From assembly GCA_039630545.1 (NCBI GenBank), contig JBCNUU010000005.1:32001-96000 (forward strand): a DNA stretch of 64,000 nucleotides. The letters are read 5' to 3'. Origin of the DNA: Endomicrobiia bacterium. GTDB lineage: Bacteria > Elusimicrobiota > Endomicrobiia > DTEH01. A program made the translations under genes and the position numbers. The notes below the pieces were generated by a model that worked only from the letters and a program-made list of their open reading frames with translations, ran no database searches and was not told the origin of the DNA. Positions 28,437-39,208 of the stretch are shown here, in pieces. Numbering within the stretch: position 1 is the stretch's first letter; the number at the start of each line of letters is the position of its first letter.

Positions 28437-29971
28437 TTAGATTTAATTTTTAAAATTTTATTCTTTAAATCTTTGTTTTTATTGTTAAGTTTTAAAGATT
28501 TCTTGTAAAAAATCAATGCTTCTTCAAATTTATTAAGAGAAGCTTTAACATCCCCTATATGTTCATAAATAATAGGATCTGAATAATTTTTAATTTGTTC
28601 AAATAATTCTTCTGCTTTTTTGTAATCTTCTTTCTTATAATAAACCCAAGCAAGAGAATCTATATAGGCATAATTAGTGGGTTCTACTTCTAAAGCCTTT
28701 TTTATTAGCTGTTCTGCTTCATTTAGGTTGATTCCTCTGTCTGCATAAAGATATCCTAAATAATTTAGTGCTTCATGGTCCTCAGGATTTTTGGCTATTG
28801 CTTCTTTTAGATATTTTATAGAATTTTCAATATCACCTAGTTGCTCATAACACATCCCTATATAGAAATCGATTCTTTCAAATGAAGAAGATGATGATTT
28901 TAATTCAAATAATATCTCTAATGCTTTGTTATAGTTCTTTTTTTCTATATATGCATATAAAAGCATGATTTTGATTTCTTCTTCATTAAATTTTTGTTTA
29001 GCAGTTTCTAACAAACTAAAAGTTTTTTTATAATTCTTTATTGAATAGTAATAATATATCAATTTTAAATAAGGTAAAGAATCAGAGACTTCTGTTTTTT
29101 TGATATATTTTTCCATATATTTGATTGCTTTTTTAAATTCCTTTTTATATTCATAAAAAATTGCAATAAGGAAATTATGTACTGGTAAAAATTCTTTTTT
29201 AGGTATTGAAAGTATTTTCGGAAAATACTGTTCTGCCTTTCCTATATCTTGCTGAGAAAGTAACAAAAAAAATAAATTAGTTAAGATTTTGTAATCATTA
29301 GGTTTTTGTTTAAGATAATTTTCATATTGTAAAATTAAAGATGTGTAATCAGTGGTTTTCTCAATAAAGTTATCTGAAAATAAAATAGAAGAAATAATAT
29401 CTTTTTCTTCATTTAAGTTTTTTAAATATTCTTTTGCTTTTTCCGGATTTCCTCTTTTATACTCTAACAGTGCCAACTGAAAATATGCATTAGTATCGTT
29501 AGGGTTTAGTTCAAGGTATTTTTTGTAGTAGTATATAGATTTTTCTTCATCCAGATAAAAATATATCTGTGCTAAAGCAAAAATTACATCTAGATTGTTA
29601 GGAGTTATTGAGAGAATTTTTTCAAATATCTTTGCAGCTTCTTTTGTATATCCCCCAATCCATAGTATATTACCTATATTAGATAGTGTCGCTGTATCTA
29701 CTTCTATTTTTTCTATTTCTTTGATTAAGTAGGTAAGTTTATTTTCTTGTTTTTCTAATACATATAAGTATATAAGCTGAGGATAAACATCTAAAGCTTC
29801 TGGATCTAGCTTTATGACTTTTTCAAGTTTTTCTATAGCTGAACTATAATTTTTTTGATGAATGTCTAATAATGCTTGAGAATAATAATAGTAAGAATAT
29901 TTAAAACTAAATAAATATGTTCTAAAAATTAAAGTAGTTATTATCAAATACCAAAAATTTTTATTCCACAT
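28409..29971 (-). CDS. Tetratricopeptide repeat protein, probably exported
   Basis: Multiple TPRs; ALNYLGY.YAD and DSLAWVYY motifs; next to ispE. Confidence 0.8.
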   Translation of the reverse strand: MWNKNFWYLIITTLIFRTYLFSFKYSYYYYSQALLDIHQKNYSSAIEKLEKVIKLDPEALDVYPQLIYLYVLEKQENKLTYLIKEIEKIEVDTATLSNIGNILWIGGYTKEAAKIFEKILSITPNNLDVIFALAQIYFYLDEEKSIYYYKKYLELNPNDTNAYFQLALLEYKRGNPEKAKEYLKNLNEEKDIISSILFSDNFIEKTTDYTSLILQYENYLKQKPNDYKILTNLFFLLLSQQDIGKAEQYFPKILSIPKKEFLPVHNFLIAIFYEYKKEFKKAIKYMEKYIKKTEVSDSLPYLKLIYYYYSIKNYKKTFSLLETAKQKFNEEEIKIMLLYAYIEKKNYNKALEILFELKSSSSSFERIDFYIGMCYEQLGDIENSIKYLKEAIAKNPEDHEALNYLGYLYADRGINLNEAEQLIKKALEVEPTNYAYIDSLAWVYYKKEDYKKAEELFEQIKNYSDPIIYEHIGDVKASLNKFEEALIFYKKSLKLNNKNKDLKNKILKIKSKCKSLRLQR

Positions 29972-30743
29972 AATTAGTTAGTTCTCCTATGTTTTCTATT
30001 CTTATCGTAATACAATCACCTCTCTTCATTTCCCCTACACCTGCTGGTGTTCCTAAAGTTATAATATCCTGTGGATAAAGAGTCATTATTTTTGATATAA
30101 AACTTACTACATATTCCATTTTGAAAATTAAATTTTTAGTAGATGAGTTTTGCATGATTTTCCCATTTAAAATAGATTGAATTTTTAAATTAGTTATATC
30201 TAATTCCTTTGAAACTATCCATGGACCTACTGGTGCAAAAGTATCAAAAGATTTTGCTCTTGTCCACTGGCCATCTTTTTTTTGGATATCTCTGGCAGTT
30301 ACATCATTAAAGCAACTAAAACCTAATATATAATCTTTCACTTGAGAAGGTTTAATATTCTTAGCTTTTCTTTTAATAATAACAGCTAACTCAGCTTCAT
30401 AGTGAAGCTGTTTTGTAGTTTTTGGATATATTATTTTATCTTTATGTCCGATAATTGCTGAAGGTGGTTTAAGAAAAATAATAGGGTATTTAGGCAATGG
30501 CATATTGAGCTCTTTTGCGTGGTCTGTAAAGTTTAAACCAACGCATACTATTTTTGTCGGACAGCACGGAGGAAGAAATTTTATTGTTTTGTTTTTTTCT
30601 AGTTTTATTACAGTATCGGTAAGTTTCCAGTTAGATTCAAAATAAGAAGAGCTTATCACATAAAACAGTTTTTTTTGTTTATCAACAATTCCAAAAAATT
30701 GTTTTCCATTGATAGCAATTTTTGCATAAATTCTTAAATTCAT
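29961..30743 (-). CDS. Fumarylacetoacetate hydrolase family protein
   Basis: KIVCVGLNF, HYEAELAV, NDVTARD, AKSFDTF and GTPAGVG motifs. Confidence 0.9.
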   Translation of the reverse strand: MNLRIYAKIAINGKQFFGIVDKQKKLFYVISSSYFESNWKLTDTVIKLEKNKTIKFLPPCCPTKIVCVGLNFTDHAKELNMPLPKYPIIFLKPPSAIIGHKDKIIYPKTTKQLHYEAELAVIIKRKAKNIKPSQVKDYILGFSCFNDVTARDIQKKDGQWTRAKSFDTFAPVGPWIVSKELDITNLKIQSILNGKIMQNSSTKNLIFKMEYVVSFISKIMTLYPQDIITLGTPAGVGEMKRGDCITIRIENIGELTNYVE

Positions 30744-30762
30744 TTATAAAAAGCACCAAAAC

Positions 30763-31536
30763 CTATATATTTAGCACATCATACATAGTATATAATCCTG
30801 CTTTTTGATTTTTAACAAGCCACTTGGCAGCAAGTAGAGCACCTTTAGCAAATGTTTGTCTTGAGGTTGCTGTGTGTTTTATTTCTAATCTTTCTCCATA
30901 GGTAGAATAAAGCACAAGATGTTCTCCTACAATATCGCCTGCTCTAATAACACTTATACCAACCTCGTTAGGTTTCCTTTCGCCAATAATTCCGTTTCTT
31001 CCAAACACAAAGTTAGTTTCAGGTTGTATTTGTTTTATTATTTCCATTATTTTTTTAGCAGTGCCAGATGGTGCATCTTTTTTCTTGTTATGGTGTGCTT
31101 CTACAATTTCAATATCATAATTTTCATTTTTTAAGGTTTTAGTAGTAAGTTCTATTAATTTAAACATTAAATTTACTCCCAGACTCATATTAGGAGAAAG
31201 TAAAACTGGAATCTCTTGAGAAGCTTCTTTAATTTTTTTTACTTGATCTTCAGAGTGTCCAGTTGTTCCTATTACTATTGGTTTTTTGTAAGTTTTACAT
31301 AAAATAAGAACTTGCTGTGTCCCTTCTGGTGAAGAGAAGTCCACAACTACGTCTGTATTTTCTATGTATTTTTCTAAAGTTTTTTCTACAGCTGGTAAAT
31401 CATGGTTATCATAAATTTTTTTAACAGGTGAGATATCTGCTAATCCCACTATTTTTATTTCTTTATCCAGAAGACATAGTTCTAATATAGTTGTTCCCAT
31501 TCTTCCCAGTGCGCCATTTAATGATAATTTTATCAT
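30763..31536 (-). CDS. dapB: 4-hydroxy-tetrahydrodipicolinate reductase
   Basis: GALGRMG, GTTG and EAHHNKKKDAPSGTA motifs; start moved to MIKLSL. Confidence 0.95.
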   Translation of the reverse strand: MIKLSLNGALGRMGTTILELCLLDKEIKIVGLADISPVKKIYDNHDLPAVEKTLEKYIENTDVVVDFSSPEGTQQVLILCKTYKKPIVIGTTGHSEDQVKKIKEASQEIPVLLSPNMSLGVNLMFKLIELTTKTLKNENYDIEIVEAHHNKKKDAPSGTAKKIMEIIKQIQPETNFVFGRNGIIGERKPNEVGISVIRAGDIVGEHLVLYSTYGERLEIKHTATSRQTFAKGALLAAKWLVKNQKAGLYTMYDVLNI

Positions 31537-31540
31537 TTTT

Positions 31541-31861
31541 TTATTTGGTTTCTTCAATTGGTTTTGTTTCAATTGGAATTATAATTCTTATAGCATTTTT
31601 GTTTACTACAAGTCTTTTAACCTGAGTTCTTATTATTTCTTTTGTTTCCAAATCTTGAATGTCTGCATTTATTACTTCCAAAAACTGTTTTTCACCTACT
31701 TTTTCCATTCTTTCACCAGCTACATCTATAATTTCAGAAATTCGTTGTGTGAGATATTTTTTAAAGATATATTTAAGCTTTGGCCTAATTTTTACAAACC
31801 CTGTAATTAAAAATTTGTCTGTATAAATAGTTAAAGGAACATTTATAGTTTTTTTAGCCAA
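31541..31861 (-). CDS. Small hypothetical protein (TTG start)
   Basis: 106-aa ORF with an AAGGAG RBS upstream; beta-rich, with R.SE and VNK..I..IIP motifs. Confidence 0.6.
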   Translation of the reverse strand: MAKKTINVPLTIYTDKFLITGFVKIRPKLKYIFKKYLTQRISEIIDVAGERMEKVGEKQFLEVINADIQDLETKEIIRTQVKRLVVNKNAIRIIIPIETKPIEETK

Positions 31862-32021
31862 TTTTTTTACTCCTTAAAAAGTTGTTAAAGTATAATTTAA
31901 AATACTAAATTTGGATTGAAAACTCAAGATGTTAAAAGATTCTAAGAATTTAATGAACAGAATAGGAAAGATTTATTTTTTATTATTAAATTATTATTAA
32001 TTTATTATTATTCATCGTTAA

Positions 32022-33911
32022 TTATTTATCCTCTTTATATTCAGCATCTATTACCTCACCTTTATCCCTTTTTTGAGCATCCTGTTGCGAAGTACCTTGT
32101 TGTTGAGAGAAGTCTTGCTGAGTTTTTGTCTGAGCATTTTTATATATAGTTTCACTTAGCTTATAAGAAGCTTTAAGTAGTTCATCTTTAGCTTTTCTTA
32201 CTTCATTTATATTTTCAGATGTAAGTTTGCTTTTTGCATCATTTATTACTCTTTCTATTTCAAGACGTTCTTCTTGGGTGAGTTTATCTCCATATTCTCT
32301 TAATGATTTTTCTGTTGAGTAAATAATACTATCTAAGTTGTTTCTTTCTTCTATAAGTTCTTTTCTTTTTCTATCTTCTTCTGCATACTTTTCTGCTTCT
32401 TTAATCATCCTCTCAATTTCTTCTTTTGATAATTTATGAGGAGCTGTAATTCTAATAGATTGTTCCTTACCTGTTCCTAAATCTTTTGCTGAAACATGAA
32501 GAATTCCATTTTCATCTATGTCAAAAGTAACTTCTATCCTAGGTACTCCTCTGGGTGCAGGAGGAATACCCTCAAGGTAAAATCTTCCTAAAGAAGTGTT
32601 GTCTTTTGCTAAAGGACGTTCTCCCTGTAATATATGAATTTCTACTGATGTTTGGTTATCCATAGCGGTGGTAAATATTTCTGATCTTCTTGTAGGAATT
32701 GTAGTGTTTCTTTCTATGAGTTTTGTAAATACACCTCCAAGAGTTTCTACACCTAAAGATAGAGGAGTTACATCTAGATGAACAATATCTTTTACTTCTC
32801 CAGCAATAATTCCAGCTTCTATTGCAGCACCTAATGCTACACACTCCATTGGATCTATTCCTCTTTCTACTTTTCTTCCAACATAGTCTTCAAGGAATTT
32901 AATTACAATTGGCATTCTTGTCGGACCGCCTACAGGAATTATTCTTGTGATATCTTTTATTGAATTAATTCCACTGTTTGGCTTATTTTTTGCATCAAGG
33001 ATTGCTTGATCAATAGACTTAGCGCATCTTTCTACTATAGGCCTTACAAGCTGTTCAAGGGTAGAGCGAGTAATTTTCATAGTTAAATGCTTTGGACCAG
33101 ATGCGTCTGCAGTAATAAACGGAAGATTAATTTCTGTTTCTAAAACACTTGAAAGCTCAATTTTAGCTTTTTCTGCAGCTTCACGAATTCTTTGCATTGC
33201 CATTTTATCATTTCTTAAATCAATTCCTGTTTCCTTTCTAAACTGTTCAACAATATATTCTATTAAAACATTATCCATATCAGTTCCACCAAGTTGGGTA
33301 TCACCAGCAGTAGATATTACATCAAAACTTTTTGCTCCTCCTGCTTCCCAAAATCTCATTATTGTGACATCTAAAGTCCCTCCACCCAAATCAAAAACTA
33401 AAATTTTTTCCTCGTGGCCTGCTTTGTCAATACCATATGCTAAACAAGCTGCGGTAGGTTCGTTTATTATTCTTACAACTTCAAGTCCAGCTATAGCACC
33501 AGCATCTTTTGTAGCTTGTCTTTGGTTGTCATTAAAATACGCAGGAACCGTTATTACAGCTTTATCTACTTTGGTACCTAAAAAAGATTCAGCATCTCTT
33601 TTTATTTTTTGAAGCAAAAACGCAGAAAGTTGTTGAGGTGTGAATTCTTTATCAAAAATTTTGTATTTATAATCGGTCCCCATTTTTCTTTTAAATGCAT
33701 ATACTGTACCTTCAGGATTAGAAACTGCTTGTCTTCTTGCTGGTTCTCCTACAAGAAGTTGACCGTCTTTGGTGAAAGCTACATATGAAGGGAATGCTTT
33801 TCCTCCTATTGTTGTTCCTTCTGCTGCTGGTATAATTGTTGGTTTTCCTCCTTCAAGAACTGCCGCTGCAGAGTTAGATGTACCTAAATCTATACCTATA
33901 ATTTTGGTCAT
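32022..33911 (-). CDS. dnaK: Hsp70 chaperone DnaK
   Basis: [23 protein letters not shown] and DVTPLSLG motifs. Confidence 0.97.
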   Translation of the reverse strand: MTKIIGIDLGTSNSAAAVLEGGKPTIIPAAEGTTIGGKAFPSYVAFTKDGQLLVGEPARRQAVSNPEGTVYAFKRKMGTDYKYKIFDKEFTPQQLSAFLLQKIKRDAESFLGTKVDKAVITVPAYFNDNQRQATKDAGAIAGLEVVRIINEPTAACLAYGIDKAGHEEKILVFDLGGGTLDVTIMRFWEAGGAKSFDVISTAGDTQLGGTDMDNVLIEYIVEQFRKETGIDLRNDKMAMQRIREAAEKAKIELSSVLETEINLPFITADASGPKHLTMKITRSTLEQLVRPIVERCAKSIDQAILDAKNKPNSGINSIKDITRIIPVGGPTRMPIVIKFLEDYVGRKVERGIDPMECVALGAAIEAGIIAGEVKDIVHLDVTPLSLGVETLGGVFTKLIERNTTIPTRRSEIFTTAMDNQTSVEIHILQGERPLAKDNTSLGRFYLEGIPPAPRGVPRIEVTFDIDENGILHVSAKDLGTGKEQSIRITAPHKLSKEEIERMIKEAEKYAEEDRKRKELIEERNNLDSIIYSTEKSLREYGDKLTQEERLEIERVINDAKSKLTSENINEVRKAKDELLKASYKLSETIYKNAQTKTQQDFSQQQGTSQQDAQKRDKGEVIDAEYKEDK

Positions 33912-33926
33912 ATGCTTAACCCTCCT

Positions 33927-34598
33927 TTATTCATTTTGTTCTTTATCCTCTTTATTAGATGAAATTTCGTTATTTTTAGTTTCAAAGTTTTCTTTTTCAG
34001 ATTGAGGTTTATACTTAGCAATTTTTACTTTCGCTGGTTTGAGTGTATATTCTATTTCTTTATCTATAAAAATATATCCGTCAGAAACCACCTCTATAAT
34101 TTTATCATCTTCATTCTCATCTAACACTTCCACGGTTTCAACTGCTTCATGATAAGATGGATTAAATTTTTGATTTAAGCATTCGATTTTTTTTATCCCC
34201 TCTTTAGATAAAAAATTTTCAAATTCTTTATATAATAGTCTAATTCCTTCAAAGATATTCAAAAATTTAGGATCCTCTTCAATTTTTTCCTTGTCATTAA
34301 TGTTATTTAAAGCATATGAAAACATTTCATATAGATTTATTATGTGTTCAATTACATTTATTTTTCCTAATATAAATTTTTGCTGTTTTTCTTTTTCTGC
34401 TCTTTTTCTATAATTTTCAAATTCTGCTTTCAAATATAAAATTTGTTTATTGAGTTCTTTATTTGCTTCTTTGAGTTCTTCTATTAATTTATTTTTTTCT
34501 TCAAAAGATTGCTTTATTATTTCTTCTTCAGCTATCTTCTCTTCTCGAGCCAATTTAATTATTTCTTCAATTTCTTTTTTTTCCTCTTTTTTGCTCAT
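33927..34598 (-). CDS. grpE: Nucleotide exchange factor GrpE
   Basis: AEFENYRKR, FNP.YHEA, GY and LKPAKV motifs; upstream of dnaK. Confidence 0.92.
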   Translation of the reverse strand: MSKKEEKKEIEEIIKLAREEKIAEEEIIKQSFEEKNKLIEELKEANKELNKQILYLKAEFENYRKRAEKEKQQKFILGKINVIEHIINLYEMFSYALNNINDKEKIEEDPKFLNIFEGIRLLYKEFENFLSKEGIKKIECLNQKFNPSYHEAVETVEVLDENEDDKIIEVVSDGYIFIDKEIEYTLKPAKVKIAKYKPQSEKENFETKNNEISSNKEDKEQNE

Positions 34599-34648
34599 AA
34601 TTTTTATCCTTTTTAGGAAAGCTATATTATAATTTAGATGCTACATTT

Positions 34649-35413
34649 TTAGCCAATTTTCAATTTATTTTCTAATATTTTTATAGCTTCAAGTGAAATT
34701 TTGATTGCGTTATCTAACGATATTTTTTTATAAATTAATTTTTTTAAGTGAGTTTCTCCTACTATTGTCAAAATTTCACCCACAATTATTTTCCTTATAC
34801 TTCCAATTACAAACAATGCTGATGATTCCATTGATGTGGCTAACACATTGCTTCGCTGCCATACTTTCCATAAAATATGATATTTTTCTTTTAAAGGAAG
34901 ATATTCCGGTATTTCTGAATAAAAAGCATCTTTGCAATGGGTAATTCCTAAATGATATTTAATATTTAAATTATTTGCTGCTTCTATAAGTGCAGATACT
35001 GCTTCAAAACTAGCACATGCTGGATATGATAAAGGTACATATTGTAATGAAGTTCCATCCTCTCTTACAGAAGCTAAAGTAATTACCACATCTTGTAGCT
35101 TAACTTTATTTTGTATAGAACCAGCAGTACCTATTCTTATAAATACCTTAGCACCAACATTTATTAGTTCTTCTATACATATAGCAGCAGAAGGGCATCC
35201 TATACCCGTAGATGCTGTTGAAATTTTTATTTTCTGATTTTTATTTCCAGAAATATATCCAGTAATTATTCTAAATTCCCTATTGCTGCTTACTTCTTTT
35301 GCAGAATCAAAAAATTTTGCAATTAAATCTGTTCTGTTAGGATCCCCTACTAGAAGTATATAATTTCCTATATCTTCCTTGTTTACCTCTATATGATAGT
35401 TTTTGCGTATCAT
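34649..35413 (-). CDS. udp: Uridine/nucleoside phosphorylase
   Basis: GDPNR, NREF, STGIGCPS, RIGTAG and SMES motifs. Confidence 0.85.
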   Translation of the reverse strand: MIRKNYHIEVNKEDIGNYILLVGDPNRTDLIAKFFDSAKEVSSNREFRIITGYISGNKNQKIKISTASTGIGCPSAAICIEELINVGAKVFIRIGTAGSIQNKVKLQDVVITLASVREDGTSLQYVPLSYPACASFEAVSALIEAANNLNIKYHLGITHCKDAFYSEIPEYLPLKEKYHILWKVWQRSNVLATSMESSALFVIGSIRKIIVGEILTIVGETHLKKLIYKKISLDNAIKISLEAIKILENKLKIG

Positions 35414-35434
35414 TTAATAAACTAATAAACTCTG

Positions 35435-35572
35435 TTATGTTTGTTCAGTTTGATTTTGTTGTTGAAGAGTCTGTTGTTTAAGAAGCATTTTCTTTCTTTT
35501 TAATCTTTTTTTCCACTTTCTTCTTATTTCAAGTTTTCTTCTTTTTTGTTTACTTTTGCATCTATGTGTCAC
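35435..35572 (-). CDS. Unannotated 45-aa Lys/Arg-rich small protein
   Basis: GTG start overlaps the HIT stop (GTGA), with AGGAGG 10 nt upstream; MTHRCKSKQKRRKLEIRRKWKKRLKRKKMLLKQQTLQQQNQTEQT*; fills the HIT-udp gap. Confidence 0.7.
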   Translation of the reverse strand: MTHRCKSKQKRRKLEIRRKWKKRLKRKKMLLKQQTLQQQNQTEQT

Positions 35573-36051
35573 AGATTTTTAGCCTCCTTTTTTAAAAGTT
35601 TGTAGGTGTTGTTTAGACTTTCTGAGATTACTTTTGTATCTGAAAATACTGGCATAAAATTTACATCTCCTATCCACCTTGGAACTATATGTAGATGTAG
35701 ATGCTTATCAATTCCTGCTCCTGCAGGTTTTCCTATGTTTATACCTATATTACAGCCTTGAATTTTATAAACCTTTTTTAAAATTTTAATCATATTTTTA
35801 GTTAGTTCAAAAATTTCTAATCCTTCTTGCTGGGAAAGTTTTTCTAATGTAGATATATGTCTATATGGCACAATCATTAAATGTCCATTGTTGTAAGGAT
35901 ATGTGTTAAGAATTACGAAACAATACTTACCTCTATATACTATTAAATTTTTAGAGTCATTCTTCTGTTTTATTTTTTTACAAAAAATACATCCTTTTTG
36001 TTTTTTTCTTTTTATAAACTTTACTCTCCATGGAGCCCAAAGTATATTCAT
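35569..36051 (-). CDS. HIT-family nucleotide hydrolase/phosphorylase
   Basis: LWAPWR, CIFC, N.YPYNNGH and HLHLHIVPRW motifs. Confidence 0.92.
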   Translation of the reverse strand: MNILWAPWRVKFIKRKKQKGCIFCKKIKQKNDSKNLIVYRGKYCFVILNTYPYNNGHLMIVPYRHISTLEKLSQQEGLEIFELTKNMIKILKKVYKIQGCNIGINIGKPAGAGIDKHLHLHIVPRWIGDVNFMPVFSDTKVISESLNNTYKLLKKEAKNL

Positions 36052-36812
36052 GATTTTATTATTCCTACTTTATCTTTTTTTATCCAGCCATGAATTTTAT
36101 CTTGTAAAACAAAAACAGCATAATATTCATCCTTTTCAGACAAGACTATTACTTTTTTTGCTTCATTTATTTGTACAGATTTTGTTTGTGGAATAATAGC
36201 AGGTGCCGATAATAAATCTGTTGTTTCAACTACGATTCCAGTTTTTCTGTTATCGTGTATGTATTTGAATATTGCTAATGTTAAAAATATTAAAAATAAA
36301 ACAAAAGTAAATCTTTTAACCCATTTAATTATCCTTGAAGTGGAAAACATTCCTGAAACCAAAGAAGCAAAAAATACTAAATTTAATATAAAAAGTAAAA
36401 TAAAAGTCTCATTGAAAGATAACAAATTTATAAATTGATCTATAAAACTGTCTTCCTGATTGTTATTTGTCAATTTTTTAACTAAATTTAAATTATAATT
36501 AATATTCTTGTCATGATATTTATAAAATTTAGCTAATTCATAATAAAATCTAGCATATCCTGGTTTGTTTATTTTAAAATAACAATTTCCTATATTATAA
36601 AGTATTTCTGCTGAAATAATTTTGTTTTTTTCTAGTTCCTTTTGAATATGTAAAAATTTTTCTAATGAAACTGAAAAATTTCCATTTTTGTATTCAGTTA
36701 CAGCCTCTTTAAATAATGAATTTATAGATTCTTCTAAAGCAAATCCTGAAGAAAAAAATAAAAATATTAAAAAAACTTTTATAATTCTATATTTTTTTTG
36801 TTTCATCTTCAA
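36048..36812 (-). CDS. batE: BatE-like TPR/SH3-like membrane protein
   Basis: YNIGNCYFK TPR, TM pair, C-terminal GWI; last gene of the Bat operon. Confidence 0.7.
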   Translation of the reverse strand: MKMKQKKYRIIKVFLIFLFFSSGFALEESINSLFKEAVTEYKNGNFSVSLEKFLHIQKELEKNKIISAEILYNIGNCYFKINKPGYARFYYELAKFYKYHDKNINYNLNLVKKLTNNNQEDSFIDQFINLLSFNETFILLFILNLVFFASLVSGMFSTSRIIKWVKRFTFVLFLIFLTLAIFKYIHDNRKTGIVVETTDLLSAPAIIPQTKSVQINEAKKVIVLSEKDEYYAVFVLQDKIHGWIKKDKVGIIKS

Positions 36813-38565
36813 GTGTTTTAAGCAAAGATGATACTTTTTGGATATACTCTTTTAAATTTTGAACTTCAATCTTAGAAGGAGAAAATCTATAAAAATTTAT
36901 TTCTTCCCAGAAAGAAGTTATATTTTTATAAAGATTTTCTGGAATTTTATTCTTGTAGAACTTGTTTATCTCATCTATACTTATCGCTTCTTTTGTTAAG
37001 TTCATTTTGTCTGCTAAGTAATCTGAAAAGATTTCATAGATTTTTTCCCAGAATATCTTTTTATCTTTTATGTCTATACTTTTTAGTTTAAGCAAAGCTA
37101 TTTTGTAAGCTCTGGAAGCTCTATATTTTTTTATGTCTTTTAATAACCTTTTTTTATATTCATTATAAGTCACAATTCCTAACCAAAACATAAAAGGAAA
37201 AATTTGTATTATAACAAGAAAATTTTTGGGATAAGGTTTTTTAGTTCTAAAGTTTTCAAAAATATACCGTATGTCTTCTAGTTCAATTTTCTGATATTGC
37301 TGTTTTAAGTAAGAAGGAGATCTTATAGCTAAAGAAGGTTGTGTAGAAGCAGGTGCTACTTTTAAATTAAGTGGTTTTGATATTGATATTTCATACTGAG
37401 AAGTATCTGGATTAAAATATATAAATTTAATTTCTGGAATAATTAATGTACCTGCAGATAAAGGAGTAATAGGTACCTTAAATGTTTTGTTTCCAGAAAC
37501 TTTGTAGTTTTCTTTTTTGAGATCTAAGGAAATAATGGGATCATAAACTAAAAAATTTCTTCCTAAAATTTCCTCAATAAATGATTTAGGAATAGAAACT
37601 GACTTTATGTTTCCTGTGCCTGTTATTTTTATATTTAAAAATATTGTTTCGTTTTGAGAAATTTCAGATTTATCTAAATAAGCAACTATTGAATATTTAC
37701 CTATACTTCCATGAAAGTTTTGAGGTTGAGGTTCTGGCAGTGGTAGAACAGTAATTTCTATAGGTTCTGATTTTAAAACTATTTCTTTACCAGTAGAAAA
37801 AAACCTTCTGAAGAAGTCGTCTGAAAAAAAATCGTCTATATCAAAGTCTTCAATCAGGCATTTTATTGTTGCTTCTCCTATAGTAAATTTTCCTGCAGAT
37901 GTCGGAAAAAGTGCAGTTTTTATCTCATTTACATAATATCTTTCGCCGTTGATTATTGTATAATAGTTTCTCTGAGGTGGTAAATCCTCTGTTATAAATC
38001 CTGTGGTAGAGGGTGGTGTATATTGTGGTTGAGAAAGCAAAGGTATTTTTGTGTAAAATCTAAAGGTGAGTGTTATCTGTTCATTGATATAGGCTTTTCT
38101 TTTATCTACAAATGTTTCTATGAATATATCTTTTTTTTGCCCTCTATACACGTTTTTTTCTAATGGCAGTTTTTGCGAAGAAGTAGTTTGTTTTTCTACC
38201 TTTATTTTTATTGGTTGAGTTTCATAAATTTTCCCTTGATATTCAACTGTTATAGGGGGTATTTCAAATTCACCTATCCTTTTTGGAACAAGTATATATG
38301 AAAAAGTTATAGATGAATTTATCCGTCCGTTTACAATTGAAATATTTTGTGACCTGCCTGAAGAATAAATTTGAAAATCAGACAAAGCCGGAATTTTAGG
38401 GTAGGGTATATTTGTAGAGTCGCCGGATACTGTTACATGAAGAGTTATTTGGTCATTTAACGCAGCTATATTTTTATCTACGGAAGCAGAAATGTTAATT
38501 TCACTAAATAGTTTTACACTGAGACACCAAATAATTAAATTTATAGTTATTATAAATTTTCTCAT
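36787..38565 (-). CDS. batD: BatD family protein
   Basis: Signal peptide, SQNISIVNG, repeated Ig-like modules, GSIGKY and G.GNI motifs. Confidence 0.85.
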   Translation of the reverse strand: MRKFIITINLIIWCLSVKLFSEINISASVDKNIAALNDQITLHVTVSGDSTNIPYPKIPALSDFQIYSSGRSQNISIVNGRINSSITFSYILVPKRIGEFEIPPITVEYQGKIYETQPIKIKVEKQTTSSQKLPLEKNVYRGQKKDIFIETFVDKRKAYINEQITLTFRFYTKIPLLSQPQYTPPSTTGFITEDLPPQRNYYTIINGERYYVNEIKTALFPTSAGKFTIGEATIKCLIEDFDIDDFFSDDFFRRFFSTGKEIVLKSEPIEITVLPLPEPQPQNFHGSIGKYSIVAYLDKSEISQNETIFLNIKITGTGNIKSVSIPKSFIEEILGRNFLVYDPIISLDLKKENYKVSGNKTFKVPITPLSAGTLIIPEIKFIYFNPDTSQYEISISKPLNLKVAPASTQPSLAIRSPSYLKQQYQKIELEDIRYIFENFRTKKPYPKNFLVIIQIFPFMFWLGIVTYNEYKKRLLKDIKKYRASRAYKIALLKLKSIDIKDKKIFWEKIYEIFSDYLADKMNLTKEAISIDEINKFYKNKIPENLYKNITSFWEEINFYRFSPSKIEVQNLKEYIQKVSSLLKTLEDETKKI

Positions 38566-38569
38566 AGGA

Positions 38570-39208
38570 TTACCAATCTTTATCTACTTCTGGAAGTTGT
38601 GGTTTTTGTGGTTTTAGAGTTTCTTTTAGTTTGTCTTTTTGTTGCTGCGTAACTGTTTCTATAAGTCTTTGCACATCCTGTTGTGACATATACTTTTGTT
38701 GATTTTGTTTATTTTGTTGATTTTCTTGTTTGTCTTCTTTTGAATCGTCTTTCTTACTTTTTTCTTGTTGAGGTTGATGAATGTTCATCAAAGCATACTG
38801 GAGATTATATTTTATTTCTTCATCTTTAGGGTTTAAAAGTAGCCCTTGAATGTATGATTCTTTGGCTTTTTTTGTATCTCCTAGTTTCAAAAAAGTGTTT
38901 CCTAAATTATAAAAGATTTTTGACTTTAAGTTTTTATCTTTAGTAAGACCTAAAGATTTTTGATATTCTTGAATTGCTTCATTATAAAGTTGTTGTTTGT
39001 AAAATGTATTTGCTCTGTTATAATAAATTACAGGTGAGTTTGGTTTTTTTAATTCTGCAGAATTGTATTTTTCTAAAGCCTCATCATACTTTTTTTGTTC
39101 AAAAAATTTGTTACCAGTATTAATATCCCTTCTAAAGTTTGAGTAAAGGTTAACATTTAAGAATATAAATAAAACTAAAATGATTTTCTTTATAACTTTA
39201 TCAGCCAT
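38570..39208 (-). CDS. batC: BatC-like TPR protein
   Basis: TPRs (YNRAN, YNLGN), Q/K-rich tail, C-terminal DKDW. Confidence 0.8.
   Translation of the reverse strand: MADKVIKKIILVLFIFLNVNLYSNFRRDINTGNKFFEQKKYDEALEKYNSAELKKPNSPVIYYNRANTFYKQQLYNEAIQEYQKSLGLTKDKNLKSKIFYNLGNTFLKLGDTKKAKESYIQGLLLNPKDEEIKYNLQYALMNIHQPQQEKSKKDDSKEDKQENQQNKQNQQKYMSQQDVQRLIETVTQQQKDKLKETLKPQKPQLPEVDKDW

Noticed and set aside
30070..30078. Single DnaA-box match TGTGGATAA
   Set aside because: Isolated and inside a coding region.
31976..32012. AT-rich TTATTATTA triplet after dnaK as an origin unwinding element or CRISPR remnant
   Set aside because: No DnaA-box cluster, spacers or cas genes; low-complexity sequence is expected in such AT-rich DNA.
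34599..34648. CIRCE element upstream of grpE-dnaK
   Set aside because: No TTAGCACTC-N9-GAGTGCTAA match.
35435..35572. Calling the small basic ORF rpsU (bS21)
   Set aside because: It lacks the bS21 pattern (ALRRFK, YEKPS), so it is left unnamed.
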